Shown: piece after piece, positions 1 to 12,859 of the stretch
Layout of the letters: every line of letters begins with the position of its first letter
Numbering within the stretch: the first letter of the stretch is position 1
NCBI RefSeq assembly: GCF_001194135.2
Contig: NC_069004.1
Location: 13,019,278-13,083,277, forward strand
Reading direction: 5' to 3'
Length of the DNA stretch: 64,000 nt
Source of the DNA: Octopus bimaculoides
Taxonomy: Eukaryota
Position numbers and translations under genes: made by a program
Notes under the pieces: generated by a model
Database searches by the model: none
What the model was told of the DNA's origin: nothing
The model's input: the letters and a program-made list of their open reading frames with translations, nothing else

Positions 1-1597
1 AACATGATTTTTGTTGTTGGATAGCAACTGTTTCCTATCTGCTAACTCCCAGAAAGCATGAAAAATAGTTAATATTTCCATCAAACTTTGCTTCTGTTAC
101 ATTTATTTTAACCCCAAAGAATTCCTCTCAACACATGGCTATGTTACTTCCCTACTACCCCTGCTCGTGATCAGAGACACACATATTGTCAGCCACCAAG
201 GGACATGTTTAAGTGGTTAAGGTCAAGCACCTGACAAGCAAATCTGTGATATTGAGCAGAATATTTGCTATAATGATATTTCTGCTTCAGCAACTCAGCA
301 CTGAATATGTCTGAAATGTAATGGGAAATAGGTCAGCTTCAAAATACTGATGTCCAGGTCACAAAAGCAAAGTTTGAAGGATATAGTAGTGATTTCCTTT
401 GATTTCTGGATAGAAGCAAATAAGAAATAGCACTTACTGATGAAAGATAAAGAAAAAAAAAGTTGTACAGTGTAATGAAACATTTAGAATTAGAAATTTT
501 AAAGTTGATAGAATGGTGTATAGGATTATCTTGAAATTTCATTTTATTTACAACAGGAACCACCTCCATTAAATTATTTGAACATTTGAAAACATTTTTA
601 AATAAGTAAAATGCATAATGTATATGTGGTTGTGTATGTACATGTCATTTTTTGCTTTTTTACTTGGCCATGCAATGGGACTGAACCAGGAACCATGTGG
701 TTAGGAAGCAAGCTTCTTACCACATAGCTTTTACTTGTTTCAGTTTTTGCACTGTGGTCATGTTGTGGCACCACCTCAAAGGGTTTAGTCAAACGAACTG
801 ATCCAATTCCTTATTTTTTAAAGCCTGGTATTTCTTCTATTGGTCTCTTTTGCCAAATCACAAAGTTATGGGGATGCAAGTAAACCAACATTGGTTGTCA
901 AGCAGTAGTGAGGGACAAACATGACACAAACGCCCGCAAGTACACAATGGGCTTCTTTCAGTTTCCGTCTACCAAATCCACTCACAAGGCTTTGGCTGGC
1001 CTGGTGCTATAGCAGAAGACACTTGCCCAAGGTGCCACATAATGGAACTGAACCCAGAACAATGTGGTTGGAAAGCAAACTTCTTACCACCTAGCTACAC
1101 CTGCACCTATCATTCATGTTAGTTTAACATTCACTTTGCCAAGCTAGCATGGATTCGATAAGGATATATTTGAGGTAGAATTTTACAGCCAGGTGCTCTT
1201 CCCGTTGCCAACTTTTACCTACTTTTCAAGAAATATTCTTTATCCCACAAATCTCCTCTTCTGCTTACTGCTCTTGCTGCATTTATCCAGCCCCCCCCTT
1301 CATCCACCTCTCTCTTCTCTCATTATACTCTTACTAAAGCTTCTCCACCTCCTCACACTCTCTAACCCCCCCCCCTCTGATCTATCTTCACAAACCCTCC
1401 TCTAAAATTATTCTGTTTTGCATTCCTCACCTATTTCTCTCTTGCATGTTCCCTTCCTTCACACCTTCCACCCATATTCACCCTTATAGGGCATAGCACT
1501 GGATGCTCATTACTCTTACCACTCTCTCTCACACCTTTTATCCTTTACAGCTGACCTCAATCCCTTTCTCCATTCATTTGTCCCTGCAGTTTATAAA

Positions 1598-1858
1598 GGG
1601 TAAGGGTAAAGACCCTCTTCGGTCATGAATGACTATGGGATTGCACCTAGAAAGTAACCCTTTGAGGCACAAATCCGGGCAAGGTTGTTTATGGAAGACT
1701 GGCAGTCACCCATACCAGCCTCCCCTCTTCATGCCACCAGTGTTATCCAAGGGAAAGGTAAAGGGGCCAATACAGCTTGGCACCAGTGATGTCGCAACTC
1801 ATTTCTACAGCTGAGTGAACTGGAGCAACGTGAAATAAAGTGTCTTGCTCAAGAACTG
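1598..1858 (+). mobile_element. SINE, third family
   Basis: GGGATTGCACCTAGAAAG..GGCAAGGTTGTTTATGGAAGAC..CAGCTGAGTGAACTGGAGCAAC..GTCTTGCTCAAGAAC. Copies at ~8300-8400 (-), 8690-8915 (+) and 56280-56575 (-). Confidence 0.75.
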
Positions 1859-2381
1859 TTGTGTCTCGTCGACACTTATGTCCTTTAAACTCACTGGATA
1901 TGCCACTTAATAACATGGACTTATAACAAGGTTATAACAATACAAATATAAATCAAAAACTGTCTTCACTGACAGTGCGCATGCACCTTTATATGGTTTA
2001 GGACAGTTGACTTGCTATCTCACAGGGGTGTCAGGATATCACCACAAGAGCACAACACAGCTTGGTCTGGGAATTGAACTCACTACATGATTGTGAGCTT
2101 GACACCCTAACCACTGAGCTATGCGCCCTGCAGTGTATATATACTGTTACTCTCATCATACTTTGGCCTCTTGTCCTCATTTGGAAGCATCAGACCTTTC
2201 TTCCATCCCTTTAGTCTTGCAAGTTATAACAGCACCTCATTAGTGCTGATGCCATGAAAGAAATGCCAAAACTGAGGCACTGGAGCATGACAAAGCCCTC
2301 TGAGTTATTGGATCCATGTTAAATTATCCAACTCACTGCAACATGTAAGATGGATGCAAAATGACAAGAGTGATGATGCTG

Positions 2382-2408
<27 letters not shown>

Positions 2409-2412
<4 letters not shown>

Positions 2413-3749
2413 GGTCGGCTGAAAAGTTCATAGGCTGCCCAAGATTCTCTCATGGAATGTGACCAAACGAAGTTTAATTTTCAAAACAGTCCCCTTTGCA
2501 GTTCACACACTTCTTCTATCGGTGTTGCAACATTTAGATCCCATTGGTGGAAGAAGCTTTCATCTTGTTGGTCAATAAAGTCATCAACAGCAGATACAAC
2601 GTTATCACCACTGTAATACTGGTTCCCAGCCAAGTGTTTTCTCATGTTGGAGAACACAATGATAGACAGATGGGACAAAACCTGGAGAGTAAGGAGAGTG
2701 ATCAACCAGTTTAAAAGCCACAGTCATGCACAGCAGCCATTGAAACCAATGGATTTGTAATCTGGAGCATTGTGTTAATGAAGCAAAACCCCCTTTCATA
2801 AGTTGTCTCGAGCATTTTTGTCTTGATAGTCCTTCGTAACTGCTTCGGCAAGCTGGTATAGTACTCTCCATTGATAATGTGGTCCTTTTGAAAATAGTTA
2901 ACACATTTCCTTTTGTGTGCCAAAAAACTGAGGCCATCACCTTCCCAGTAGATGAAACAACCTTGACTTTCTTTGGAGCAGGTGAGGAGGGGTGTTTCCA
3001 CTGCATGGATTGTCTCTTTGTCGCTGGCTCAAAGTGATACACCCAACACTCATCTTGGTATAGGAAACATTGAAGGATACCAGCTGGATCTGCCTCAAAC
3101 TATGTCAGATTTTCCCATGATGTGATCAGGTGTCAGAAGACACGACACTGACTGAGCAGTAACTTTTGTCATGCCAAGTTCATTGTGCAGAATATTCTCA
3201 ACTCTCTTATGAGATGTGCTAATAGCATTGGCTATTTGATTTATAGCCACTTGCTCGTCATCCATCACCATGTGGAGAACACAATCGATGTTTTCCTGTG
3301 TGCTGGCAGATGAAGGACACCCAAACAACGGGTCATTTTCAAAACTCTCCCTCCTTCTCTTAAATTCAGCTGCCTACTTCTGCACAGTTGATTAAGCAGG
3401 AGCGTCATCCCCTAATGTAGCAACCATGTCAACATGAATGTCATTGGAGGGCTAAACCTTTTTTCTGCAGGAACTTGAATACACCACAATGCCAAATTTT
3501 GTCCATTTTCATAGTTACATTAGTTACAAGCTCAACAGGGTCTTCTTTCCCCGCCGATCCGTCCAAGAGTTACATTTGTCCATTTTCATAGTTACATTTG
3601 AAGCCTTCTTTGAACAGTGAAATGTCAGTTTACCCAAAAAGAAACAATGCATTTATTAATAAAAAGTGTTGAAATTATTGCATGGAAGATATCACAGCTC
3701 TAGCATCACTCTTTCATAGTCAGCCTATGAACTTTTCAACCAACACTAG
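2409..3749 (-). mobile_element. Mariner transposon relic (~1.34 kb)
   Basis: Inverted termini (GG[C/T]TGAAAAGTTCATAGGCTG at ~2417-2437 and 3721-3741). Fragments YHFEPATKRQSMQWKH, GKVMASVFW, HSPYSP and LHNELGMTKV in shifting frames. Confidence 0.9.
3527..3567 (-). pseudogene. 41-bp 28S rRNA fragment inserted in the mariner relic
   Basis: CAAGCTCAACAGGGTCTTCTTTCCCCGC is the reverse complement of the conserved 28S tract GCGGGGAAAGAAGACCCTGTTGAGCTTG. It is flanked by a 24-bp direct repeat (3498-3521 and 3575-3598). Confidence 0.85.
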
Positions 3750-3807
3750 AATATACAAACCAAGCAAATTAATATAAAACAACTAGATAATTCTTTACAC
3801 TTTAGCA

Positions 3808-5438
3808 CACTGGTTCTTAACCTGGAAGTGGGTGTCAGTAATTTCCAAGTGGGGTGCAAGCCCTTGAGAAAAAGCAGGAATTTCTCTAATCATATTTGTT
3901 ATTCTCTAGATGAGAGCATTGGCAAATAATGAGAAGTTTATGAAAAAATGCAAAAGTATTGCCTTATACCTTTAGTTTTTTTTATTCCACTATCTTAGCA
4001 CCGCTTACCATTTTCTGTACTTATTGACCCCCACCCCCCATATACCTTAAAACCCTCACTAATTCTGAATTGTAGCTTTAACATTTGTCTTTATTTTGTA
4101 ATTTTCTTCATTACAACAAGACTCGGGTTAAGAATCACTGGTATAAAGCTTAGATATTATTATCTTGTAAAGACAAACACCTTTTGCAGTTAAGAAATTA
4201 CAAACCAGTTTGATCCAGTTTTCATATACATCAAATAATGTGATTCGTAAAAATTAAGAGACGTGCTGAAACATTATCAAATCATTATAGTAACATACTA
4301 AGAAATATTAACTTAATTTTAAAAATTGAAAACAATTTTAAAATTTTAGGAAAATGAAAAGTATGATATATTTAAAAATAGGAAATAAAACAAAAAGTAT
4401 GTAGTGAGTTCTACTATTGCTCAATTTAATAAAGTCTCAAAAAAAATTAAAACACAGATTGGAAAAATAAAAAACTTTAACAATAAAACCCAAATTTTTA
4501 ATGTTAAATGTTTGTTAAAAATATAGTAAATTTTTTCTAAGGAAAAAAATTATAATATAAAACCAAATGTTAAACTAAAATTCAGATTTAAATATTACAG
4601 AAAGTACTAGGTAAAACTGAAAGCTATGCAAAATCTTTTCTTTTGTGAAGAAAAGATTTAAAAAATTTTTTCATACAAATAAATACAATATTCTATTGTA
4701 CAAATTTTTCGTATAATTTTAATTCCAAATTTTTTTGTTTTAATTTTTTCAGAACTTTTTACTCCAAGCATTTTAACTTGGGCCTTGACACGTGCCTTAT
4801 CTTTTGTTAGCATATTTGTGTTGTCAACTGCACATCAAATAATCCATGAGTATAAAGAAACAGAAGTATCTTGACAAATATGTTTGATTTAGATTTGTGT
4901 CCCTCTAAAAGGGTGACACAGAAGTCTCCCAGTGTGATAAGTTACAAAACTTTGAGCAATAATAGAATGCAACCCTCATGTTTGGAACTCCACTTGAGGA
5001 CAACACATCCTGCTCTTGCAGACAAGCCCAAGGCATTCTTTGAAAGAAAAAGACATTCCTTGAAGCAAGCTAAGTTGGACGGTAGTGGGGCATTTAGGCA
5101 ACAAACTTCAATGGTTGTTGAGGATTCCTATGAGATTGCCATGATGATTACAAAGAGTAAGAAGAGTCATAACATCGGAAAGTCTCTCATAAAACCAAGT
5201 CTACTCCGTGCAGCAGAACTCATTCTGGGGAAAGATAGTGCAAACAAGCTTTCCCAGATTTCACTATCAAACAATACAGTCAAGGAAAGGATTGATGACT
5301 TGTCTCAAGACACCAAAGATCAAATTCTCAATCAAGAGATTCTCCTGTTTTTTGTCATCCAGTGTGACGAAACAACTCACATCACTCAGTATTCTCAGCT
5401 AGGAGGAAGCATGGAAGTAAAAAGGTTAAGAACCACTG
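3808..5438 (+). mobile_element. hAT (Charlie/Buster, ZBED5/SCAND3-like) transposon, internally deleted
   Basis: TIRs CACTGGTTCTTAACC (3808) and GGTTAAGAACCACTG (ending 5438); 8-bp flanks CTTTAGCA/GTTTAACA match 6/8. ORF 4871-5400 has ..LELHLRTTHP, SYEIAMMITKSKKSHNIGKSLIKP, LSNNTVKERIDD and QCDETT. An extra right-TIR-like motif ends at 4140, so boundaries are uncertain. Confidence 0.8.
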
Positions 5439-5924
5439 GTTTAACAGATTGAGATTACTTTATCAAATGCCATGCTTGTCTATTCACATTGTTTTGAATT
5501 AATCATGCAAATATCTTGTGACTGAAATTTCAAAGATTAGTTCTAGAACATCATGAACTGTGTCTTTATCAGCCCCACCACCTCCAATGCCGTCCTCAGA
5601 ACAGGACTCAGCCAATTCATCCACGTTCTCTTTATATCTATCTCTAGCTCTGTTATTATTACTTTCTTGTGGATTCATTGTTTTCCTCTCTTAGTGATAT
5701 TGCTGCTCATACAATGAACTTTTCTCATCTCCCCTTTCTAGTCTCCTCTGCTGTTCCACGTTCATTATCCATCCCCCAAACCCTAACAATATTCACACAC
5801 GCAATATGCACCCTTCCTTTTAGTTTCAGTGAGACTCTCTTCCCTAATAAGCAGTCCACTTAGTTCCCAGGACTTCATCCATATGCAACTATAATATATA
5901 TGTAAAAATAATTAATAAATATTG

Positions 5925-6360
5925 ATTTCAAATTTCAGCACAAGGCCAGCAAATTGGAGGAAGGGGGTAAGCTGATCAGATCAATCCCAGTGCTCAATTG
6001 CAACTTATTTTATTGAATCTGAAAAGCAAAGTTGATCTTGGAGGAATTTGAACTCAGAGCATAAGGACAGACAAAATGCCGCTAAGCATTTTGCCCGGTG
6101 TGCTAATGATTTTGCCAGCTTGCTGCTTTAAGATTGGTAAAAGCTGATTTCAAATTCTGGCACAACGCCAGCAATTTTGAGAGAGAGGCTAAGTCAATTA
6201 GATCGACTCCAGTGCTCAACTAGTACTTATTTTATCAACCTTGAAAGGATGAAAGGCAAAGTCTAACCTGGCGGCATTTGAACTCAAAACACAAGGACCA
6301 ACAAAATGCTGCTAAGCATTTTTCCCAATGCGCTAACTGTTCTGCCAGCTCGCTGCCTCA
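5925..6360 (-). mobile_element. Two tandem SINE copies with a Deu/Nin-like central domain
   Basis: Family core GCCTTTCATCCTTTC..GTCGATAAAATAAGTACCAGT on the minus strand. Further copies at ~22160, 24290, 50810-51190, 57160 and 59840. Confidence 0.7.
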
Positions 6361-7756
6361 AAATTGGTAAATATTGATACATAAATATTAATACCAGATG
6401 TTTATATTTAAGAGAACAGACTACATATTTAAACATTGCTTTACATACAAGACACCTGGTTTATTAGGTATTTGAGCAACAACTGCTGTAGTTTTGTATT
6501 ACTACCCTCTGCCGTTTAACTGTTAAACAAACAGTAGCAACACTTAGTCATAGTAGTAGTAGTAGTACCATCAGCTGTTGTCCAGACATATAGATGCACT
6601 GTTATAATATCTAATTATAATATTTCTGAAATGAAAATCAGTGAGCTGGCAGAATCATTAACATGCCCAGCAAAATGCTTAGTGGCATCTTGTCCAACTT
6701 TATGTTCAGAGGCTATCATAGAAGACACTTGCTGAAGGTGCCATGCAGCAGGACTGAACCTAAAACCATATGGTCGGGAAGCAAGCTTCTTACCACACAG
6801 CCACATCTGTGCCTATATATACATACACACATATTTGTATATGTGTGTGCATTTGTGTATGTGTGTGCATTTGTGTATGTGTGTGTAATTGTGTATGTGT
6901 GTGTATTTGTGTATGTGTGTATTTATGTATGTGTGTGTGTATTTGTGTCTGGCAGCCCCACTACTTGACAATTGGTTTGTTCATGTCCTCCTAATTTAAC
7001 AAGTCAGTAAACGAGACTGATACAAAAAAACAGATCAGATTTTTAAAAAAAACAACAACAAACAAACTACGTACTAGGGTTGATATTCATTTGACTAAAC
7101 CCTTCAAGGCAGTGCCCCGGCATGGCTACATCCAATGACTGAAACAAGTAAAAGGTGAAAACTGATTCTTCATTAAAAAAATACAAAGAAAAAAATTGTA
7201 GACTGTAAAATGGCTGAAAGAAATGCAAAGCAGCCAAACAGAAATGGACAGGGTAAAAAAAGATCTGTTAAGACTGTTCATACTGAAATGACTTATTATG
7301 TGAGCCTACGTGACATCTGGGGCACAACTGAGCCAAATTAGTAGATGGAGCAATAACGGTATTTATCTATCTTTAACTTGTTTCAGTCCCTGGAAAGTCC
7401 CTATGGTGGGGCACTGCCTTGAGGCCAAACTCAGATTCATTTTTTTCCTTTTTCTTTTTTTTAAGCCTGGATACTTATTCTGTTGGATGGTTATTGCTGA
7501 ACTACTGAGTCACTGGATGTAAACAAACCAGCACAAATCATGAAGCAGATGCAGGGGACAAAATCAAAGACACACACATTTTATTTAATAATAGTTTGAT
7601 GCACAGTCTGTGGAACCTAGTTGGGTTCATTTGGTGAACCCACAAAGCTTGAAGTTATGTGAAGCCGAACCAAAATGTTATTAAAGAATATAACTCCAAC
7701 CAATGTGTTGAGTGACACTTTCTTTCATTTCTCCACTCACTTGCACACACACACAC

Positions 7757-7794
<38 letters not shown>

Positions 7795-7795
<1 letters not shown>

Positions 7796-8290
7796 AATGC
7801 GCCCGAGAGAAATGTTGGACATAAGAAGTATCAGATGTGGCGTGCAAGAGAGACGTTTGCATTGATATGGTCATGTACTACGGATGGATGAGGAGAGCTG
7901 TGTGAAGAAGTGCCACTCCCAAACAGTTGAAGGAATCCGGGATAGAGGGAGACCCAGGAAGACATGGGATGAGGTGGTAAAGCATGACCTTTGAATGTTG
8001 GGCCTCACAGAGGCAATGATGAAAGACTGAGACCTCTGGAGGTATGCTGTGACTGAGAAGACCCGGCAAATAAAGTGAGTCCACAGCTGTAACCTATACC
8101 AGTGTCACATAAACAGCCCACTCAAAAGTACCTTGGATTGTAGGGCGACATGCTATGCTTGGGGAGACCTATTGAGTTAAGTACATCAACCTCAAAATCA
8201 AATGGAAATTGCAGCTGTGATCCCCATGCCGGTGGCACATAAAAAGCACCATCTGAACATGGCCGATGCCAGCACCGCCTTGACTGGCTT
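7795..8290 (+). mobile_element. RTE LINE 3' fragment
   Basis: Homologous to 13970-14210 (TGGTATGGTCATGT, GACCCAGGAAGACATGGGATGAGGTGGT, GAGAAGACCCGGCAA). Confidence 0.8.
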
Positions 8291-9489
8291 CCATACTGGT
8301 ATGCATGGGCAACTGCTGGTCTTTCGTAAACAACCTTGCCCAGACTTGTGTCTCAGAGGAGAACTTTCTAGATCATTCATGACCAAAGAGGGTCTTTATG
8401 ATCAATTGATTGATAGATAGATAAGATATATAGGATTCAATGGAATCTAGGCAAATCAACATGTAGCAAACCCCATTTGGTGTTCTTTTGTATATATACC
8501 CCCCCCCCCCCNNNNNNNNNNNNNNNNNNNNNNNNNNNNNNNNNNNNNNNNNNNCACACACACACACAACAGGATTCTTTCAGTTTTGAAATCGACTCAC
8601 TGTAGGACTGAACCCTGTGTTTGGGAAGCAAACTTCTTACCCCAAAGTCACATGCTACAAATTTATGCAGAAGAGGAGTCTGTGTTAGTAAAAGACCCCC
8701 TTTAGTCATGAATGACAAATGGATTGCATCTAGAAAGTTCCCCTCCAAGGGACAAGTCCGAGCAAGGTTGTTTATGGAAGACCAGCAGTCACCCATGCAT
8801 ATCAGCCTCCCCACTCCAAGTTACCAAGGTTATCCAAGGGAAAGGCAAAGGTTGATACAGCTGAGTGAACTGGAGCAATGTGAAATAAAGTGTCTTGCTC
8901 AAGAACACAACACAACCTCACAATTGTAAGAGTGACGTTCTAAATCACTGAGCCATGCAACTGTGTTGGTAGGGGTATGTAATGTAAATGAATAGCAAAT
9001 GCTGAGTGAAAAAATTTTGCTGTGTCATCGATGAATGGAAGAGAGAAAAAGAACATGGGGAGAAAACCAGTGAGGGGCTGGGATTCACAGATAACCATCT
9101 CTCCTCACATTATAAAACTTTCCCTGTCTTTTCTACCCATTTACCCAGTCCAATCCTCTATTCACCCACCCCTTACTCTACTTTGAGGGTATGACATCCC
9201 CACCATCATCTCTCTCATTCTCCTCCAACTGGAGGAGAGTATGTTTTCAACAGCAACACATTAATCTCTACCCTTTACATATTCTTTTAATCTGTCATCA
9301 ATTGGCACTTCCTTCAATAGGACTCCTCCCTAGTCGGAGGGACTTTGTCTTTTTCTAGGAAGTTATTTAGTGACCACACTGGTGCTGGTGCAAAAAAAAA
9401 AACAACAAAAAAAAAAAGCACCCATAACACTCTGTAAAGTGGTTGACATTAGGAAGGGCATCCAACCGTAGAAACTAAGACAAAACTCC

Positions 9490-10020
9490 TGACTAAGGGA
9501 GGTGGATTTGTATTGGTCAAGAAAAAGTACAATAGAGGGATAGAAATAAGTGTCTTGCTATAGGAGATACTTGGCTACCTCAGTTGGAAAAGAAAGGAGA
9601 GAAAAAGACAAAACCAGAAAGGAAGATAGACAGACAAAGTGAGTGAGAGAGAGAGAGGGCTGATGGTGGAGATGTAAGACAAGGTGGTGTGGGTGAGTAT
9701 AAGTGGTACAGAAGATTGGGTTGGGAGGATAGAAGGGGTGATGTTTCATAAGGGTGTGATGGTTAGAGATGGGGGCACAGGTAACTGTAGCAAGTGATAG
9801 GAGTGGCTCAAGGGGTTGGGGGTCTATGGTTGATATGTGAGGGCACTGAGGCTTATTGTGTGTGGTTAGGAATGTGAGGTAAAGTGGAGGGATGGCATGC
9901 AGCCAGCCATTTTCCCCATGGGTTAGGGAAGAGGGCATTGGAAGATGGGTTGTTGAGGGGGATGATGGGAAGGGACAGATTGTATGTGTGGAGGTGTGTA
10001 GGGGGTATAGACGTAAAGAA
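9490..10020. repeat. Purine-rich interspersed repeat (probably PLE-derived) abutting the truncated piggyBac
   Basis: GA/GT-rich low-complexity tract; similar composition in reverse at ~1190-1560 and ~9100-9340. Confidence 0.35.
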
Positions 10021-10024
10021 CAAG

Positions 10025-11371
10025 CCTGTGTATAGTCTGATTTAGCTGGGCGAATCTTCTCAAAACAAGGAAATCACAAGATGTCTCAATCCATTGTTAA
10101 CTTTTCAGTGTCACAAGGATCGATTGTCAGGCCGTTATTAAAGTGTATTTATTGGTGAATCTTTTCAAATTTATTTCTACTCCCCAACACATACTTCTGA
10201 CAATAAAAGGATTCCAAGATATTTGTAAAGATCTTCAACAAAGTAAATTGTGTATCTCTTTTTGAGATGCATACTCAACTGTTTCTTTGCATATGTGTCC
10301 CATTATTTCCTCAAGGCTTACCTTCATTTTTTTCTTGTTCTTTACAACTGAAGGTTCTAATTCGTTTACCTGGTACTGAAATGTTTGGGAACTTTTTTTT
10401 AATGCTTTAAGAGCCCATGTACGCGAAATTTTCGGAGCACTTCTATACTTTTTTTCAACGTGAAAACTATCAGAAAGTTCAATTAACTCATTATCTATAT
10501 CCAAGATCTCTTTATAATCTTGATTTCGCAATCGAATTTCTGTGCTTTGTGAAAGCATACCACGACCAATACCTCTAAGATTTGCTGACGCCTCTTCGCA
10601 ATCACTGCCTGCATCATCTTTATCTGAATCTTGACCATCATTTGGAGCATGCAAAACAAATTCAAGTTCTTGTGCATCGTGAATTTCAGCTACGAATAAT
10701 TCGGAATGCTCACTTGTTTCGATAATGTTCAGTATTTCTTCTGCTTCCCTCCCGACATCAAGATTTCTCTTCAGCATAATTGTTTTGAAAATGAAACGAT
10801 GCAATTATAAACTTTTTAGAGCTAAATGTAAAAATATATTCATTTTGCAGTTAAGTAATAGACCCTTGAATATATTTAACAGTAAAACAATAAAGTAAAA
10901 AAAGAGCAAAAAAATAAATAAATAAATGCAACTGTAAGTGAAATATGAATTCTATATTCCGAAATGAACACTCCGATTTCCAGTGTATGATTTATCATAT
11001 TCAAGGGAAAAACACTTGATAAATTAAAACTTCCAAAATAATTTTGGTTGAAATATCATTTAAAATTAAAAGACGTAAGTCGCTGAATTAAAAATTTAAT
11101 TAAAATTTGGGATTCTATATCACTAAAAATATAGAACATAAACTTACGGTCTATAAAATTCACTCGACCAGATAAGAATGACTACTGAAGGAAAAGTTCG
11201 CAGCAAAATGTTGAATGAAATTATAAGGTCAAAGTTGCCAAATATCGCTAGAGAAATTGTTAGATATTAACCTATTGGTGTAGGTTTTGAAATGAAAGGT
11301 AGAGCGGTTAGATTTTTAGAATTATTTTTCTTTGGTAAAGTTTTCCGTATGACATATTGGGCACTAATGGG
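10025..11371 (-). mobile_element. piggyBac (PGBD2/3-like) transposon, 3'-truncated, in TDP2 intron 1
   Basis: Left end TTAA|CCCATTAGTGCCC (TTAA at 11372-11375). Transposase N-terminus open 10777-10235, then frameshifted EDLYKYLGILLLS, RNKFEKIH..HFNN and FEKIRP, matching the piggyBac pre-catalytic region. The DDD core and right TIR are missing. Confidence 0.8.
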
Positions 11372-11791
11372 TTAAGCTAACAGCGGAATAACAAACAAGT
11401 GGGTTTAAATATCTCACTATGATAGGATATGCACTTGCAAGTCTCTAAAAAAAGTTCTCTAAACAGTGCAATTATTTAAGAAATAGCTAATTTTGGGGTT
11501 GCCAATTTAGTCCCAAGTCAAAGTACTTTTTTATATTTTCATTTTATCTGACAGGTCATTTAAATAACGCACGTGCTTTGTAGCGCGTTCAGAACAACAA
11601 ACTTCGTTAGATGGCTAGAGGTTTCCGTTGTATTTTTTAAACAACAATAGCAAAAGAGAAAGTGTTCGTCTTAACATTTCCTTCTAAAGACAAAAGCACA
11701 GCAATAAACAAGTGGTTTTAAATATCTCATAGTAACAACAACAACAACAATAATAATAATAATAATAATAATAATATACCCCCCCACTTAC

Positions 11792-11935
11792 CTGCAAATC
11801 CCAAGAACAGTTCTGCAAATAGAACATAGCCAGAGCAGAGTCAGTCCCCGTTAATTTGACAAATTCATCACATCTCTCTTTACATTCAGCTCCACTGGGA
11901 AGCTGGCTTTCATCTTCTTCACTGGAGTCTGACAT
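11792..11935 (-). CDS. TDP2: Tyrosyl-DNA phosphodiesterase 2, first coding exon (N-terminal UBA-like domain, 48 codons)
   Basis: MSDSSEEDESQLPSGAECKERCDEFVKLTGTDSALAMFYLQNCSWDLQ: acidic leader plus C-x-x-F...TD.A.A.FYLQ...W.L pattern typical of TDP2 N-termini. Ends at a phase-0 donor CAG|GTAAGT (GT at 11791-11790). Downstream exons were not found. Other UBA-like proteins (DCN1/UBX) are not fully excluded. Confidence 0.8.
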
Positions 11936-12859
11936 TGTTAGAGAAACTGCTTTTAATTTACAATGGTTTGCGCTAACAGCTCAGATTAAAAGAGAGAAGA
12001 CCGACAGTGTTTGTTGTTCCAGTGACTTATATACCTTCGTCACAAATTGACATTTAGATTTATCTCCCTTGAATAAATAGAGTACATTTGTAAATATCTC
12101 ATTTTGCTTAGTCTTTCTCCACTTTATCATTTCACCGCCAACTCTTATCTGGATCCTCTCTCCCTTTTCTCAGTTTTTTTTTCCTTTTCATAAAGCTGTT
12201 CTGTATCATTTTTCATTATAATTTCATGATCCACTTGGATGAACTAGCGCAACCAACACTAATAATTTGACTGATACTCTCTTCTTCTTCTGTCAATTCC
12301 ACAAAAGACGAAATACTAAGTTGACCACAGTGGGATTTAAAATAAAAAAATAAAAGGTCTTAAGTAAATACCGCAAGACATATTACCCAATTCTCTACCG
12401 ATTCTGCTAATTCACCGTCTAAAATTTGTCCTTTGACCCGTTTTTCTTATTTTTCATTCATTTAATATAAATGTAATCATACATGGAATGAGACAGAACT
12501 GTTTACATTATCAGCTTATCTACAATTACAATGCACATTTAAACTCTGTCTGTCGTTATGTATGTATTATGCATGTATTATGTACGTACACAAGTACTCA
12601 CGCACTTGTGTAGGTATGTACCTGCGGACGTGTATAAGTACATAGGTACTTGTGTCAGGTTACTCTCATGAGTGTTACTGGTAACATGGAATCCAGCAGA
12701 ACCTGTTGCAGGTCCGTCGTCGGTGACTAATCTAGATCCACCCCCAACACAAAGCTTGCCTGGTGAGGAAGGTTCCTAAAAACCCAGCAGGATTAAAAAC
12801 AAAACCTGTCAAAGGGACGGATGAATTCTGTGTAGGTTCACCAAGTATCTAGCAATAGA

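Noticed and set aside
339-569. FAFVTW as a possible TDP2 catalytic-domain exon (cf. FSLITWNIDGL)
   Set aside because: Not followed by NIDGL; a stop occurs four codons later.
10777-11935. Clean in-frame TDP2-piggyBac fusion protein
   Set aside because: The best acceptor gives an immediate stop, an in-frame TAA (10807-10805) precedes the transposase ORF, and the catalytic core is absent. Kept only as an exon-trap hypothesis.
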